The position numbers and the translations under genes were made by a program. The notes under the pieces were generated by a model. That model made no database searches. It had not been told where the DNA came from and saw only the letters and a list, made by a program, of their open reading frames with translations. 64,000 nt of DNA from Moniliella sp. 'wahieum' (taxonomy: Eukaryota): NCBI GenBank assembly GCA_003971905.1, contig RSEE01000031.1:248001-312000 (forward strand). The letters run 5' to 3'. Of the stretch, positions 34,749 through 48,697 are shown one piece after another (the first letter of the stretch is position 1; each line of letters starts with the position of its first letter).

Positions 34749-37700
34749 TTACTGCGCCGATGAAGGAGGTACGGGCAGACGGGGACGACGCGCCGCTGTC
34801 ATCGCCGTAGGGGCAGGGCTGGCGAGTGGAGAGGGTGGGACAGGCTTGTGAGATGATGCTGCCCGGGATGAGGGTGGGGGAGGGGGAGGGGCAGGGGACT
34901 GTGGTGCCTCCGAAGCTGGTTTCTTTGGACTGGAAGGCGCAAGCGAAGCTGCCTTCCCACCCCCTCGGACAGGCATGCCTTTACCGTATTTGGCGCGCAT
35001 GTGGAAAATCTCACTCATCTCGTGTTCAAGAGTCCGCTTGCTCTCCCGAATGCGGCCCACCTCCTCAAACATCCGCAACACCTCCTTGCCCAGGATCTTC
35101 TTCATGTCCGCAGCACTAGTCTCAGCAATTACCTTGGCAAAGTCCCCACCGGCCGAGGAAACAGCTTGGACCACCTCGCCGTGATGGGCATGTTGTTGTT
35201 GAAGCATCTTGTTCATCAGGTCCTGGACAGCTTGGTTGGTCAAGTTGAACTGCGATGTGTGCATCTGGGTGCCTTCATTGACCACCTGCGCCAATGCATG
35301 GATCGCTGGAATGTGGGAGTTAGCTTTACTTCTAGCAACCACAACAGAGGGTGTTTTGTACGCACCAGGTTGGGGGTCACGTTCTTGATCGTGTGTTTGG
35401 CGCGCAGCACGTTCCTGGTCATGTGTCTGCTTGAGCGCATTAATCTGGAGGGCAACACAAGTCAGCTTGATTCCCTTCCCATGGTAAGAGACATACCTTT
35501 TCAGTCAGAGAATGAATCATGCTAGCATGGGCTTCGCGCTCCTTCTGAAGAAGCTCCATGGTGGCCTGCTGGTGTGCGAGCAATGCTTCAGCACGAGCCG
35601 CATCAAGTGCCTTGACTTCTTCTTCGTGCTTTATCTTATTGGTCCGCCCGGCCATCATGTCTTGAAGGATGGCTTCCATAGCCTTAGCCATCGCCTGCAC
35701 ATTGGCGTGCGTCTCGTTAAGCATCTTGTCGTAGGCTGCCTTCTTCTTCTGAGCAGCTTCAGCAGCTTTGGCGTCCGCCTCAGCCTTGTCCGCGGCAGCC
35801 TTTGCGTCCGCTTCAGCCTTGGCAAGCGCCTCGGCCTCGGCCTTCGCTTTAGCAAGCGCCTCCTCCTTGGCCTTGGCCTCCGCCTCAGCTGCATCTGCCA
35901 TGGCCTTGCCCTCGGCCTCAGCCGCAGCTTCATCCGCTTTCTCCTTGCCATCGACCTTAGCCTCAGCTTCATCCGCTTTCTCCTTGCCATCGGCTTCTGC
36001 TGCTTTCGCCTCTTCAGCATCATGGGCAGTGTCGGTCTCAGCGTCAGCCTTGGCAGGTGCCGCCTCTTCCTCCGGTTTAGCTTCCGATTTGGCACTCGCA
36101 TCCGCCATGTCAACACCTCGTTCCTGGCTGGCGGGCACATCCTCCGCGGGGGCTTGAGGCTCTGCATCGTCCTTAGGCGAATCGGCCAACTTCGCATCCT
36201 CTTCAACTTCTTTCTCTGAAGTGGCCGCTTCCTTGGAACCTTCGGGAGAACCCTCCTCTGTATGAACCTCCTCAGCCACCTCCTTCTCCTCCGTCTCCGC
36301 CTCCGGCAGAGCCTGTTCAGGTTCGGCTTTGGACCCATCATCAAGACTCGGGTCCGCCAATGCGACAGTCTCCTTAGGCGTCCCGTAAACTGTCGAGGGA
36401 ACGGGGGAGTTACGACGGTCGTACAACGACTGGAGGAAGTGAGAAACTTGAGTAGGACTCGCGTCAGGCCCTGGCATCCCCTCCTCGGCCATCTCTTCTG
36501 CCATTCGGCCCAAATCGGGAGTAGCGGAATGGGGTTCCTCTGGTTCGGGTGTGGGGTAATACACAGTCGAGTGAGGTGTACCAGGAGGAAGCGACCTAGG
36601 CCTCGGGCTCTCCACCTCGGTTGGCGGCCGAGGTTCCTCATGAGCTGCTTCTTCGACCGGGCTCAGTTTGCTGTGTGCGGACTGGGACTCGTCTCCATCT
36701 TCGTGGTCGTCACCGCCTACCGACTTGGTCTTCTTGCTTGACACGACCGAGCCGGGCTTGGGCGTCGGAGGAGCATGTTCAGAAACAGATTTGGGACTTT
36801 TCCCAGCGTCAGAACGGGAAGCAGTTGATTTGGCTTGGATGAGAAGCTTCACTAGCAGGTTTATCAGCCTTCGCGTCGAAAAACTCAGCGGGAGGTTCTG
36901 CTGGAGTCTCATACACAGAGTGCGCTGGGCGCAACTGCTGGAGCAGGTGCCAAACTCGGCCTCCCGCGGCCGGCCGGGCGCCACTCTGTACGGACCCTGC
37001 TCTCGATTTGTGTTCTCCCGATTGAGACGGCACTGCCTCAAGCTCCTCAAGCTTGGCGCCCTCGGGGTGGATCTCCTCGGACGGGGGCTCCTCGGGCGGG
37101 GGCTCGGGGCCCTCGGGATCCGGATCGGCAGACGCTGGCTCTTCAGGTGCAGGCTCTTGAGGCACAGCCTCCTTCGGCTCCGATTTCTCAGGCTCAGAAT
37201 CTTCCTCCTCAACCTCGGGTTCCTCATGCACAGGATCATTCAATGGAGGTTCCGGCGAGTCGGACTTGCCCTCGACCCCAGGCTCGAGCTTTTCCTCACT
37301 TGCCTCCTCAGGCACAGTGAATGAATGATGGCTCCTGAGGGGCGAGCTGGCGGCGATCGAACGAGACGACCGGGCCATTGGAGGGGGGGTATTCTCTTGG
37401 ATGGACGGGGATGGGGTGCGGACAGACACAGCAGGCGTATGCTTTGGACTCGCCGATCGAATGGACGGGGGTTGGTTGGGTGAGGACGGGGTTACGCTGC
37501 TACGCCAGTCGCGGATACGGTTCTGGGCCACAGTGTAAAACGCTGTACCAGATGGGGAGGGCGGCTCCTTCGCAGGCACAGACGTGGCCTTGGCAGAAGA
37601 GTGGGCATCAACATGCTCAGCAGCAGCATCGGGTGGTGCTGCTAAATCCCTGTCCTCCTGACCATCCGATACACCCGCATCATGAAGAGACCGCTGAGCC

Positions 37701-40700
37701 GACCCTGTGACCGAAGCTGGTAGCGCACCAGTCTTGCTTTCAGTTTCGGCCTGAGCAGCCAGGGCAGCACTGCGAGCTGCATCGGCGAGTTGGCGAGCAA
37801 TCTCTTGGGCCGTCGCGCCTGGCATAGTACTGAAGCCATGGTTGAGATCCGTGATAGTCTGTCCCAAGCGGCGCCATTCTTCTGCGCGACGAGGAGCGTC
37901 GGCAGAAAGCCACTGGTTCATGTCCTGCAATACTTGCACCAGCTCGCCGTACTGCTCTTGTTGCTTCCTTGCCAACACAGCGTAGGGATCGACAGGTGGA
38001 GTTGGCGCCTCGGGTTCTTCTCCAATGGAAGATAAAGCTTTTTTGGTGCTCGATCCATGGCTTCTTTGAGCCTCACCGTTGTTGGGGATGCTCTGGTTGC
38101 TCGGCCCGCCGTCTTCGGATGCATCTTCAACCTCCACCGCAACGCGGATCGTCATCTGGGGCGGCGTAGATTGAGAACCATTGCTCGCGTTCGACGCTGG
38201 GCCTTCAGGAGACGGTTCCGGGATTGCCCTCGAATTGTCTGGCGGAGTGAAACGTGAGCGCGCAGACACCGACGTTACCCCCCCGCCGTTGATGGCGGGG
38301 AGGACGAGGCAATCATGGATAACGCGCGCGCCGTCTTCTCAGACAGAGCTCTCGCTTCCCAAGCGGCTTTGGCGGATGGTGCTTTAGCCGGAGATGCTGT
38401 CGTCGACGGAACCTTAGCCGAAGGAGCCTTAGCTGAAGAAGCTTTGGCCGAAGGGGCATTCGCCGAAGGGGCCTTGGAAGAAGGAGCCTTGGCAGAAGGA
38501 GCCTTGGCAGAAGGAGCCTTAGCAGAAGGAGCCTTGGCAGACGGGGCCTTGTTGGTCGACGGCGGCTTGATTGAGGGAGCCTTGGACGAGGGGGGCGCCG
38601 AAGCTGCCCCCACCTTTGACGGTGGGGCGGACGAGGCAATCATGGATAACGCCCTCGCTGTGGCTTCGGAAAGAGCCTTTGCCTCCGAAGCGGCCTTGAT
38701 TGACGAAGGCCTGGTTGAGGTAGCCTTGGTCGAAGGAGCTGAAGCCAAAGAGGCCTTAGAGGAGGGAGCAGTGGGAGCAGTGGATGAGGACGCCTTGGAT
38801 GAGGGAGCTTTAGATGCGGGCGCGCTGGCAGAGGATGCTTTGACTGAGGCACCCTTGGTCGAAGCAGGTTTCGCAACAAATGCAGTGTCCACAGGGACCT
38901 CGGTCGAGTCAAGCCCAGCTGAGGACGCCTTAGCCGAACGGGCCGCGCTTGATGGCGCCTTCTGCGATAGGGATTTTGTAGAAGACGCCTTGGTGGAGGC
39001 AGCCTTGGCTGAGGAGGCCTTGGCCGAGGGAGTCTTGGCCAACGAAGCATGTTCGGAAGCACCTTTGACCGAAACAGTCTTTTCAACTGGGCTGGAGTGC
39101 TCATCCGGGTGGATTGAATCGTGCGAATGGGATGGTGTTAACCCAGGATGTACACCCGCAGGTTCCTCGCCTTCGTCCTCCAGTTCCCGATGACTTTCTT
39201 CGTTCGGCTCCTCGCCCTCTTCCTCCAGTTGCTGAGAACTGCCGTCATCAGCAGGTTCCTCGCCTTCGTCCTCCAACCGGTGTACACTCTCTTCGTCCGG
39301 CGTTTCGCCTTCGTGTTCCAGTTGCGAAGGACTGTCCTCATCAGGCTCCTCCTGTTCGTCCTCTTGCGGGTGAGGACTCTCTGCCTCAAGTGCCTTTTCC
39401 TCGTCAGGGTGAGAAGGATGAGGCGATTCGACCGCCTTGCTATCCTCGTCCTCCTTTCCCTCAAGATCTTCCGCCACAGAGGCCAAGCGCGGGGCAACGG
39501 ACGGCTTGGTCCCCTCGGAACTCGCTTCGGCCCCTCCAGCAAGTGAATCCGTCTCGGCCAGGTCCCCTGCCTGGCTCGGCTGGTACTCGGAGCTGGCAGT
39601 GCGTTGTACGGTCGGCGTACGCACCATAGCAACTGGGTCCGATGCTTTGCTCGGTGGCTTGCTGGCGGTCTTAACCGATGCTGGGGGCAGGGACCGCGCC
39701 ACACTCTCCCCCGCGTTGCAGGCTGGGCCCCCCGATGCAGAGCCGGGAGGAGGGGTGGTAGGTTTCTCACTGCTTGCAGGGGGAAGGTCCCTCTGCGCAT
39801 GGTCCTCTTCCTCGGGAACGTCCTTGTCTTCCGCTTCATCTCTTCGTCTTCGTCCACATCATGGCCGTCCCAATACTCTTGGGCCGTTCCCACGTACGGC
39901 GCCTCCTGCCCAGCATCTTGATCATCCTTCTCAGTAGGCGTTTCCTGGTTGCTCACATCCTCGGCATCCACACCACGCGGGGCATCATCCGCTCCGTCAT
40001 CTTCGCCCTCATCACCCTTATCGCTGTGGGCTGCAGAAGCAGCTGGAGGCGAGGTGGTCGACTCAGCGTGGGGAGAGGCGGTGTGGGATGGTGCAACCTG
40101 TTTCGATGCAGGTCGAGAACCGGTTTTGGCTGTGGAAGGGCGGGACGAGGCGGGTCGGGAGGGGGCGGCGGGAGCCGCTGAGCCAGATGGGGTCACGGCA
40201 AGGCTGCGAGAAGTTCCCGGGCGTGACGCGACGGCAGAACCGAGCTCCTTGGCGGTCCCATGGGCCGAGCCAACCGTAGGGGCACCCGCAGAAGCGGATG
40301 CGCCTCCCGTGGGAGCGTGTGACTGGTCGTGGGCTGAAGAACCATGTGGTTCGGATGCGGGAAGGTCGCGCGACTGTTGGGGCGGAGTAAGGCCTGGTAG
40401 GTACGCGGCAATAGGGGGACGACCGGGAGAGCCAAAGAACTGGTGCCGATCTTCGTCGTTCAAATCGTCTGCCAACTTGAACTGGCCCGTCGATGCCAGC
40501 TCCCGAAGCGTTTGCGGCCACCATTCCCGTGGGGGAGCCTCCGCTTGCTCTGGATCCGTTGTCCCGTCTTGGGGAGGCAAGTCACGCGTCGTCGCAGCCG
40601 GAGATGCATCCGCTGTCTTGTGCTCCTCGGGTTCGGCCTCCGCTGGCACAGCAGATTCACCTCCTTCCTGCCGGTCTGATGCGGACGGCAACGAGCGATT

Positions 40701-43700
40701 CCTCGTAACCGTTCCAGACCCTGGAACCGACGCGGCGGGCAACGAGCGATTCCTAGTAACCGTTCCAGAGCCTGGGACCGACGCGGCGGGCAACGAACGA
40801 TTCCCAGCGGTTGCAGAAGGCAATTGCTCCACACTTGGGGCAGTGCCGTTACGAGAGATCACCGACCTGGGTCGAGGGTGAAGTTAGTCAGGGTTGCTCC
40901 ACACGCAAGGTAACGGAAAAGAAAACACGTACTGAGGATGGCCAATGTACACGCTTCGTGGTGCGCGTTGGTCTTCATTAGAAGGGGCAGGCGGGCGGGC
41001 CATCATCTCTGGGTTCAACCCGCCGACGAACTGGTCGGGTCGGAGCGGACTCACGGCCCTGCTAGCACCGGCAGGCTCACCTTGGCCCTCGAAGCCAGCC
41101 GTGGAGGGCGGCAGGGCAGGAAGCGCAGTTTCCGGTTCGGGTGCGAACCCCGTGGTGGGGGGCGCAGGAGCATCGGCAAACACGGTGGTTGGCCCTCCTA
41201 CCGTCTCGGGCTCAGGCGGGGGCAAGTCACGCCCCTGCCACGATGCCTCTGTCGGAGGGTTGACACTGGGTGGGGCCATGTAGTGTGGGGCACTGGTGGT
41301 GGGGGCAGGAGGGGCGGTGCCATAGACACTGTACGTGCCGTAGGGCGCAGCGGCGCTCTGCGGAGGTCCCATGGCCGTATGGAAGTTGCTGGGAGGCGGG
41401 TAGTAGCCTTCTTCGGGCATCAACAGCGGCGCTGGCGCCATGGTGGTGGGCGCGGTAAATGTGGATTCCTCCGGCACAGCAGAGGGCACAGCGGGTGGGC
41501 GACTGCCCACTGGAGGCGAAGGTCCCGCTACGGTCAGGGGGCGGGACAGGATGGAGATGGGGCGCGGGTCGGGTGGGTACTCCGTTTGGGGTGCGGTCGC
41601 AGGGTAAGTGGAAGGGCGCATGAGGATGCTGACGGGACGCGGTGGTTCACCGTCCTCCCCCGAAGGCACAGGAGGGGCGGTGGAGCGGCTCAGTGTGCGT
41701 GTCTCCTCTGGTGTGCTAGGCTCAGGGGGCAAGGCGCGCAGCTGCACGGCAGATTCCCGCGCGGTGGGGTCGGCCATCGACGTCTCTCGCGACGAGGGCA
41801 GGGGCACATTTCTCGCGTCCACCGTCGAGGGAACAGGCTGGCGGACCTCTTCGCCCGATGGTACGGGCCAGCGGCCAGTGTGAGCAGATTCCCTTGAGCG
41901 TTCGCTCAGTGGCACGCGATACCGAGATCCCAGCTGGCTTGCACTGTCCATGGGGTAAATGTCCGTCGAGGCGGCGCTGCGCATACTCTCGTTCCGCTGT
42001 AGTTGCGGGGAGAGAAGCAAGGCTCCGGATCGGGCACCTCTTGCTGCCTGGGATGGTCTTCCTGCTGTTCGGGGAGAGGAAGAGACAAGGACGAAGCGCC
42101 CATGTTGGCTTCGGCCCGAGCTGCTTGGGGGCCCTCCGTCATTCCCGGCCGATGAGCCGAATGGCCCGCCGAGCCCGAATCCATCACTGGGGGTGCCCTG
42201 GCTGCGGATCCACCGCACCAAAATCGGTAGCGACAACCGGTTGGGCAATCACGACGGTGGCAGATGCCGGTACAGGGGGCACAGATAGTGCCGTGCGTGT
42301 GTCCCGTGGTACATCCCCCATTGAGACCACAGGTTCCTCCCGACCGGGTTCTGTGCGGTACGAAGAAGCAGGAAGAGGAGGCAGAGGTGCCTCCATCCGT
42401 GCCGAGGAAACATACGAGACAGGAGCCTTCGAAGGGGCTGCGACGCTAATGCCACGGTCACCGAGGGTGTGGACACTGGGCTGATGCGTACCGGATGCTG
42501 GTTCGGGGGAGAGCGCTGTGTGTTCAACGGAGCAGTACGGTAAAATGTCGAAGGTGGCGACAAGGCAACCGACTGGTGTCCCCGCGGCGATGCCGTGACC
42601 GAGCCTTGCTGCATCTCTGACAGGGCAACCGATCGATGCTGGCCCTGGGATAGGGCCACAGAGCGGGGCGCAGCTTCCATCGTCGTTGGCTCAGCGTGTT
42701 GGACCCCATGGCGCGGATGGTCGAGAACCGTCTCAGGACCAAGGGTGGTAGGGACGGAGGAGGCGACGTTGGGGACCCAGTGTGGCAAGTCTCCCTCGCT
42801 CCCTAGCGCTTCGGATACGCGCAAGGGCGGAGCAAGCGTATGCGCCACGGTACGGTATTGAGGTGAGAGGGTCACCCTTGTTGGAGGACCTGCCGACCCA
42901 GCCGCCGACATATGACGTGGCTTGACTGTCTCCTCGGATCCATCCGACGTCCCTGGTCCCTGCCCGAGGCGAATCAGGCAAGTGGCTAACAGCTACCACC
43001 GACGGGAGTGGGGACAGACTGTGGGACGCTCGTTGTGCTGCTTGCGCCGCAGGGTCGGGACGCGCAGGGATCTCACGTGGCTCCTCCACCATTGACATGC
43101 CAAAGGACGAGTCGGGCGCACGGGGCATATGGGGAGAGATGCCACCCCGACCTCCTACCTCCGACCAAGCCCGGGGAGGAGATCTCGGCAGCTCTGGCGC
43201 GCCTAGTGTGGAAGCGCGAGCAGGAAAGCTACCTAGGACCGAACGGGCTTGGGTGGTGGGGGAAGCGCTGAGTGATGGGGCCCCCAAGACGGTTGAGGGA
43301 GCTGTGCCTGCCCGTGCGGTACGATGGACGGCACGCCCATAGTCGAGCGCTGGGGTGGTGAGAACGGAGGCTCCCCCCAACACGGATGATGATTCCTGTC
43401 CCACAAGCATCTCGGAACCAGGCCGACGAAGAGACCATGCTTTGGAATCTGAAATCGGCGAAGCGCCCAGCGAGGAGGTTGGACCGAACGCGGAGCGCGG
43501 TGCAGACCAACGTTTGGGACTGGGCGGACCTGCCGTGCTGAGCATCGACCGAGCGCCCAACACCGACGGCGAGCCAATCGGGTCGTCGCGCATCTTCCAC
43601 CCCGGTTGGTACGAGGCACGCGAATCGAAAACTGGACTAGCACCCAGGACAGTCGAGGCACTGCGAGTCGGATCCTGCGGGCGTTCACGTTCAGCGCTAG

Positions 43701-46700
43701 TCTGGGCCTCCACCGATGGAATCTGGCTGAACCCCATGGCGGAGGCAGGCGCGGAAACTGGCAATACCGCTGAGGCGGGACGGTGAACGGACGTAATCGA
43801 GGGGAGCTCGTTGACACTGACGCTCGACCTTGGCGCAACAGTTGGAGCTGGGGTTGCGCCCCGTACAGTAGGCGGGACATGGGACGTTTCGACCGACAAT
43901 GACGTACCAAGTACCGTGGAAGCGTTGCCAGCGGTATAAATTGCCTCCCTGACAGGCGAATCTGCCAGGGAGGGGACGTGGCTAAAGCCCGTGGCTGAGG
44001 CAGGACCCGGAGCAGGCGAAGCCACGGATGACGCCCGATGTGTAAAGGCGGCCGAGGGTAAGTCGTTGACACTCATCGTCGATCCCGGTGGCAAGGTAGG
44101 TGAAGGGATCGCGCCCCGCATCGTGTCGGGGAAATGAGTCCCGCCCACAGCCGATGAAGCACCTAGCACAGTAGAAGTACCTGCTGTTGGAGAGGGAGTA
44201 TGGACCGGGATGGCCTGTGTCTCGATGGACGGAACATGGCTGAACCCCATTGCCGAAGGGGGGGCCCTAGTGGGCACGGCATCTGAGGACGCCACCTGCG
44301 TCAAACTGCCCGGTTGGGGGAGGTCGCCAACGCCCACGGATGATTCCGCCATGAGGGTAGGAGCAGGAATGGAAGAAACGTCTCTCTCAGCGTCGGGGAG
44401 ATGGCCCATGCCAACCGATGATGCAAGGCCAAGGTCAGTCCGGGCGAAGCGGGACTGGTACGCCATGCTGGGAAGGTCACTACGGCCGGAAGGCAGTGGA
44501 TCGGGGAGCATGGATCCCCCCATATCCGACACGGGTCCCATGGTGGTACGCGGACCAGTGTAAGGCGCCTCTGGCTGCCTCGCTGTCCGGTCGCTTACAC
44601 TGGATCCCAGACCAAAGACACTACTGGGTCCATGGGAGATCTTCGTAGGAGGGGGAGAGGCATCCATAGGGAGATCCGTCAGCCCCATAACCGAGCCTTG
44701 TTCGTTCACTCCGGTCGGCGGGCTGCGGAAGGTCCCTAGGTCTGGCCCTTGCACCGGAGGGAAGCTCAAGGTCGAACCAGCCTCGGTCGTTCGGATGCGT
44801 GATGCGGGTTCGTACGAGGGCAAGAAAGAAGCGCCCATGTCAGACGGTGCGCGGATCTCAGACTGAGGGGCACGAGCAACTTCATGCTCCGTTCCCATCG
44901 CGGGCCCACCAAGCGCAGACTCGGGGCCGACAAGCGTGGCGGGCACGGTAGAGGAGGGCCTGATCCGATCCACCTCCCGCTCCCACAGGGGAATTCGCAC
45001 GTTGCGCCCCCTCCGTCTCGGGCAACTGGGGCAATCCCATTGTCGAACTCACCTCCACCCTGCTTTGGGGAACAGCTGGCGTGGCGGGAGGCGGATCGGA
45101 TACGGGCAAGGGTAAGAAAGACGCGCCCATGTCAGACGGTGCGCGGATCACAGACCGAGGGGCGGGCAACGTCTTGCTCCGTTCCCATCGCGGGCCCACC
45201 AAGCGCAGACTCGGGGCCGACAAGCGTGGCAAGAACGGCAGAGGAGGGGGGGAAATGACGGCGGCACGAGACGGGCTGGGGTGACCAAGGTGCCTACCAA
45301 ATGAGAAGGGGAAGAGGGGTTAGAATCAGCATGCAAGCGAAGCAGGAGAACGTACGCGGAACGTCGGTGGGGAGAGCGGTGCGGGTCGCGTGTCCAGTCT
45401 GGCGAAGAGCGGGTTGGCGTGGCGGGCGGCTGGTTGGCTGGGTCCGAGGTGGAGGGCTGATCGAACATGCTGATCAAGTTGCGCATCGAGGACGGTGGAC
45501 GGCTGGATTGCTCCAAACCCAAAGCGGGCGGAACGGAGCCGGAAGAGGACGGGGAATGGATGGAACGAGTGGGAGAACGGGTCAGGGGCCGATCCGGACT
45601 GGGCGTGGCCCCAGTAAGCCGTTGGATCGTCTCGGCCACCATACCCCTCCGCACGCTACTTCCCACTGGCGACCGGCTGTCACGAAACGGGCTGGCAAGC
45701 TGGCGTTGCATCACTGGTGCCGCCGGGCTAACGGGGCCAGGAGCGTCCCCCTGCCGCAATGTTGACGGGGTTAGAGAGCGATGTGGTGAGGGAGAACCAC
45801 GGAGAACTTGACTGTCGCTCATGACACTCGAGGAGCGGGTAAGCTGACGCTGTGGCGAGAGCGGAACCGCCGCGCCAAGGGAAACGCCAGGAGAGTGACC
45901 CTGCTCCTCTTCCTGGGGGATGGGAGGCAGGCCAGCGAGAGAACTGGTACCCTCAGCGGCAGGCAGGGCCCGGGTGCCAGTCTCTGCCCCACCATGTCCT
46001 GCTTCGGCCATGCCCACCGTAGAGGAAGGGCCCACAGTCGACGCAACGGGCCATTGCTGGCTCGGTGTCGGTGACATGGTCGAAAACTGGGCGGTGGGCA
46101 TGTCACTAGGTGTGGTAACTGTATAAGGTAGTGGGGGTGAGGTGAGCGGGACTGAAGGCTGGCCTTCCTCATGCTGCGGGGGATCAAGCTGCTCGGGAAC
46201 GGCAGCCGGCAGCGCGCGGGTGGCACTGGACCGTGAGCTGGAAGACAAGCGGTGGTAGGAAGGCGACGCGCCGAGACGGCGCGGGCTTGCCCCGTCGGAC
46301 TCACGATCGATTTCTCCCTGGGCGGAGGTGGAAAAGAGAGGGGAGTCAATTTAGATGCGAAGGCGCCAACGAGCACACGATTTACGTGAGAGCGTCGACA
46401 AACGTAGGTACGTACCTGACGGGATGGGGCATCTTGGCCTTGCAGTGCCCGGCGAACGGGGGACAGACTTCGCTGGTCGCTTACCGAGGCGGTGTTCAAC
46501 TCTGATGCGGAATCATGCCCGGGCAGCGGGGGCGACGGCGCCTGGATAGACGCAGACCCGGGGGTCAGTTGCCGCGGGGGCGTGGGAGCATCAAAGAAAG
46601 CTGAGCCTGCCGGCGAGGGCGGGTGAGATGCAGGACTTGTACTGGTCGAGGCGGGGACAAGAGCAGAGGTGACCCCGCCGGAAGAGGGCTGATCCTCCGC

Positions 46701-47324
46701 CTCGATTTGGCGCGGCGTGCCTAGAGGGAGGCGGCGCGGCGAGCCCATGCGGCCGCTGGAGGGCGAAGGAACCATGGCGTGGGACAGGGACCCACCGATG
46801 GAGGGTGAGATGAGGAGGAGGAGTGCGGACGACTGGGCTCGATCGCCCGCTCAGAGCCCAGGGGGCTGGCGGCTGTTGGGGCTGCGATGGCCAGGTCGGA
46901 GCCGAGGGGGCTGCGATGCAGGGGGACGGGCGAGTGGGGCCCGGCGGGGGTGGGTGTCGAGCCACGCGATAAGCGGGAGCTGAGCTGGAGAGCACGCTCC
47001 GATCCAGAGGGCGAGACGGGACGATGGGCCAGAATGGGCGCAGAGCTGCGCTGGGATGCCGGCGAGGGGACAAGCGAGCCGGAGGGGCTGGATCCACCTG
47101 GAAGGCGGGGGGCGGGCAGGGGCGCTCGGGCGGGCTCAGCACGCCGAGCAGGAGCAGGGCTTGCGACGCGGGCGGCGGCCGGGGACGGGCGGGAACCAGG
47201 GCACGCTCCGAGGGCGAAGCGGGGGGCAGGAAGCGGTGGGCGCCGCGGGCGTGGAGCTGGAGGAGGTGGGGCTGGGGGGGAGGGGGACGCGTGTGGGGGA
47301 CGGCGGGGGCGGCGGGGTGGCCAT
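34749..47324 (-). CDS. Very large (~4000 aa) Pro/Ser/Ala/Glu-rich low-complexity protein with C-terminal coiled coil; introns ~46318-46415, 45294-45355, 40867-40932, 35445-35496
   Basis: Unbroken chain of long minus-strand ORFs (45148-46248, 42733-45000, 40884-42248, 39138-40862, 38275-39702, 36809-38269, 35440-37239, 34749-35342) linked by frameshifts and four GTACGT/GTATGT...YAG introns; helical C-terminus KEVLRMFEEVGRIRESKRTLEHEMSEIF. Could be more than one gene. Confidence 0.65.
38410..38550 (-). repeat. 15-bp coding tandem repeat (SAKAP)n
   Basis: gcagaaggagccttg-like unit repeated about 8-9 times. Confidence 0.8.
40687..40805 (-). repeat. 51-bp coding tandem repeat (RNRSLPAASVPGSGTVT), about 2.3 copies
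   Basis: ggcaacgagcgattcct... recurs at 40687, 40738 and 40789. Confidence 0.85.
44822..45230 (-). repeat. Recent intragenic duplication, ~118 bp blocks 290 bp apart
   Basis: 44822-44940 vs 45114-45230, including an identical 56-bp core (44885-44940 = 45175-45230). Confidence 0.9.
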
Positions 47325-48697
47325 GGCGGGGGGGGTATCGGGAGGCGTGCGGATGGTGGGAGAGCGCCAGGGGAGATGGGGGCGTGGGCCGGGGGGCAGG
47401 CGGCGCGCAGACGCAAGAAGCGGAGATGCGCACGCAGCGCACCAGCAGGACGAAGCTTGAAGAGCGCTGGAAGCGCACAGCCAGCCTGCAAAAAAGGTGG
47501 CGTGGGATGCCGTGCGTCTGAGAACTGCCGAGCCCCTTGCATGCGCACCGGCTGACACCTGCGCCGCTCCGCCTGCGCCCCACACGCCGGGCGCAGTGTG
47601 GAGCCACACCCGCACCACAGCTGCACGTCGTCTGCCCTTGCAGCTGCGCTGCTGCGCTGTGCAGCGGCCACCGGCAACGGTGCGCCCCTGTCACCGCGTC
47701 ACACGCACCAGCCCACACTCCACCCCTCCCACACCCCCGCCCTTGCCTGCGGCCGCCGGCTGCTGCGTCTGTTTCTCCCCCTGCGATCTGCGACCTTCTG
47801 TGACATGTGACGCGTGCCGCGCCCTGTCCATGTCAGTCAGTATCTGTATCAGTATATCAGCAGCATCCGTCGCTGCCTCGATCGGAATCTGGCGTGCGGA
47901 CCCTGCCGACGCACCTGGATTCTTGCTCAACATTCGCACACCCCCCGGCACGCCTCGTCGCCCCACACGCGCCCTGTGCCCCCCACCGACACTGGCCCTG
48001 CCCCACCCCTTCCCCACGCGGCTGGTGTGCACCCATCGACCACCCGCCATCGATCCAAGCCCGAAGGCACGTCATGCCATGCATCATGTGACCCGCTGCA
48101 CGTGCCCCCGCCTTCACCACACCAACCGAGCACCTGCTGGGCGGCGCCTGTCGCAGCCACCCCCTCGCCACCCTCTGCACCCTCTGCCACGCCCCCTCCC
48201 CTGCCCAAGGCCCCCATCCTAACCCTCTCCCATCCCCACCCAGCCGCTGCCGTCGCCGCTCTCTCTTGTGTACCCTCACCATCCGTCCCTTGCACACAGG
48301 ACCAAGAAAACACTGGGCCATGTGCATGGCCATGCATCCCCCCCGGCCCTTCCTCCCGACACGCGCACGGGCTGCGGAATCGTAGTCACTGCGCTGACGA
48401 ACATTGGATATTGAACGTTTGAACATTGAACTGTGAGACATGAGACGTGGGGGAGCGAACGTTCCAGTGATAGGGTTCGACGAACACGCTGCAACCCTAC
48501 TGCTGGGCTGGGCGGAACCAGAGCCGGTTCTTTCCGCCCAGCCCCACCTCTGGCCTGCCAGAGGCGAGAGGCTGGCGCGAGGACCGTGGCTAACGAAAGA
48601 GGGCCCGGTGGAGCGTGCCAAGGTAAACGCCAACGCGCCCCGCCGGAGCGCAGCGCGCAACCACTGGCCGAAGTCCCCAGTCCCATCCCCACCCAGC

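Noticed and set aside
38315..39193. Plus-strand 292-aa ORF with ALAEG repeats
   Set aside because: Antisense shadow of the SAKAP repeat in the minus-strand gene.
40687..40805. Regularly spaced repeats as a CRISPR array
   Set aside because: Units are tandem, in-frame coding repeats without unique spacers; eukaryotic context with no cas genes.
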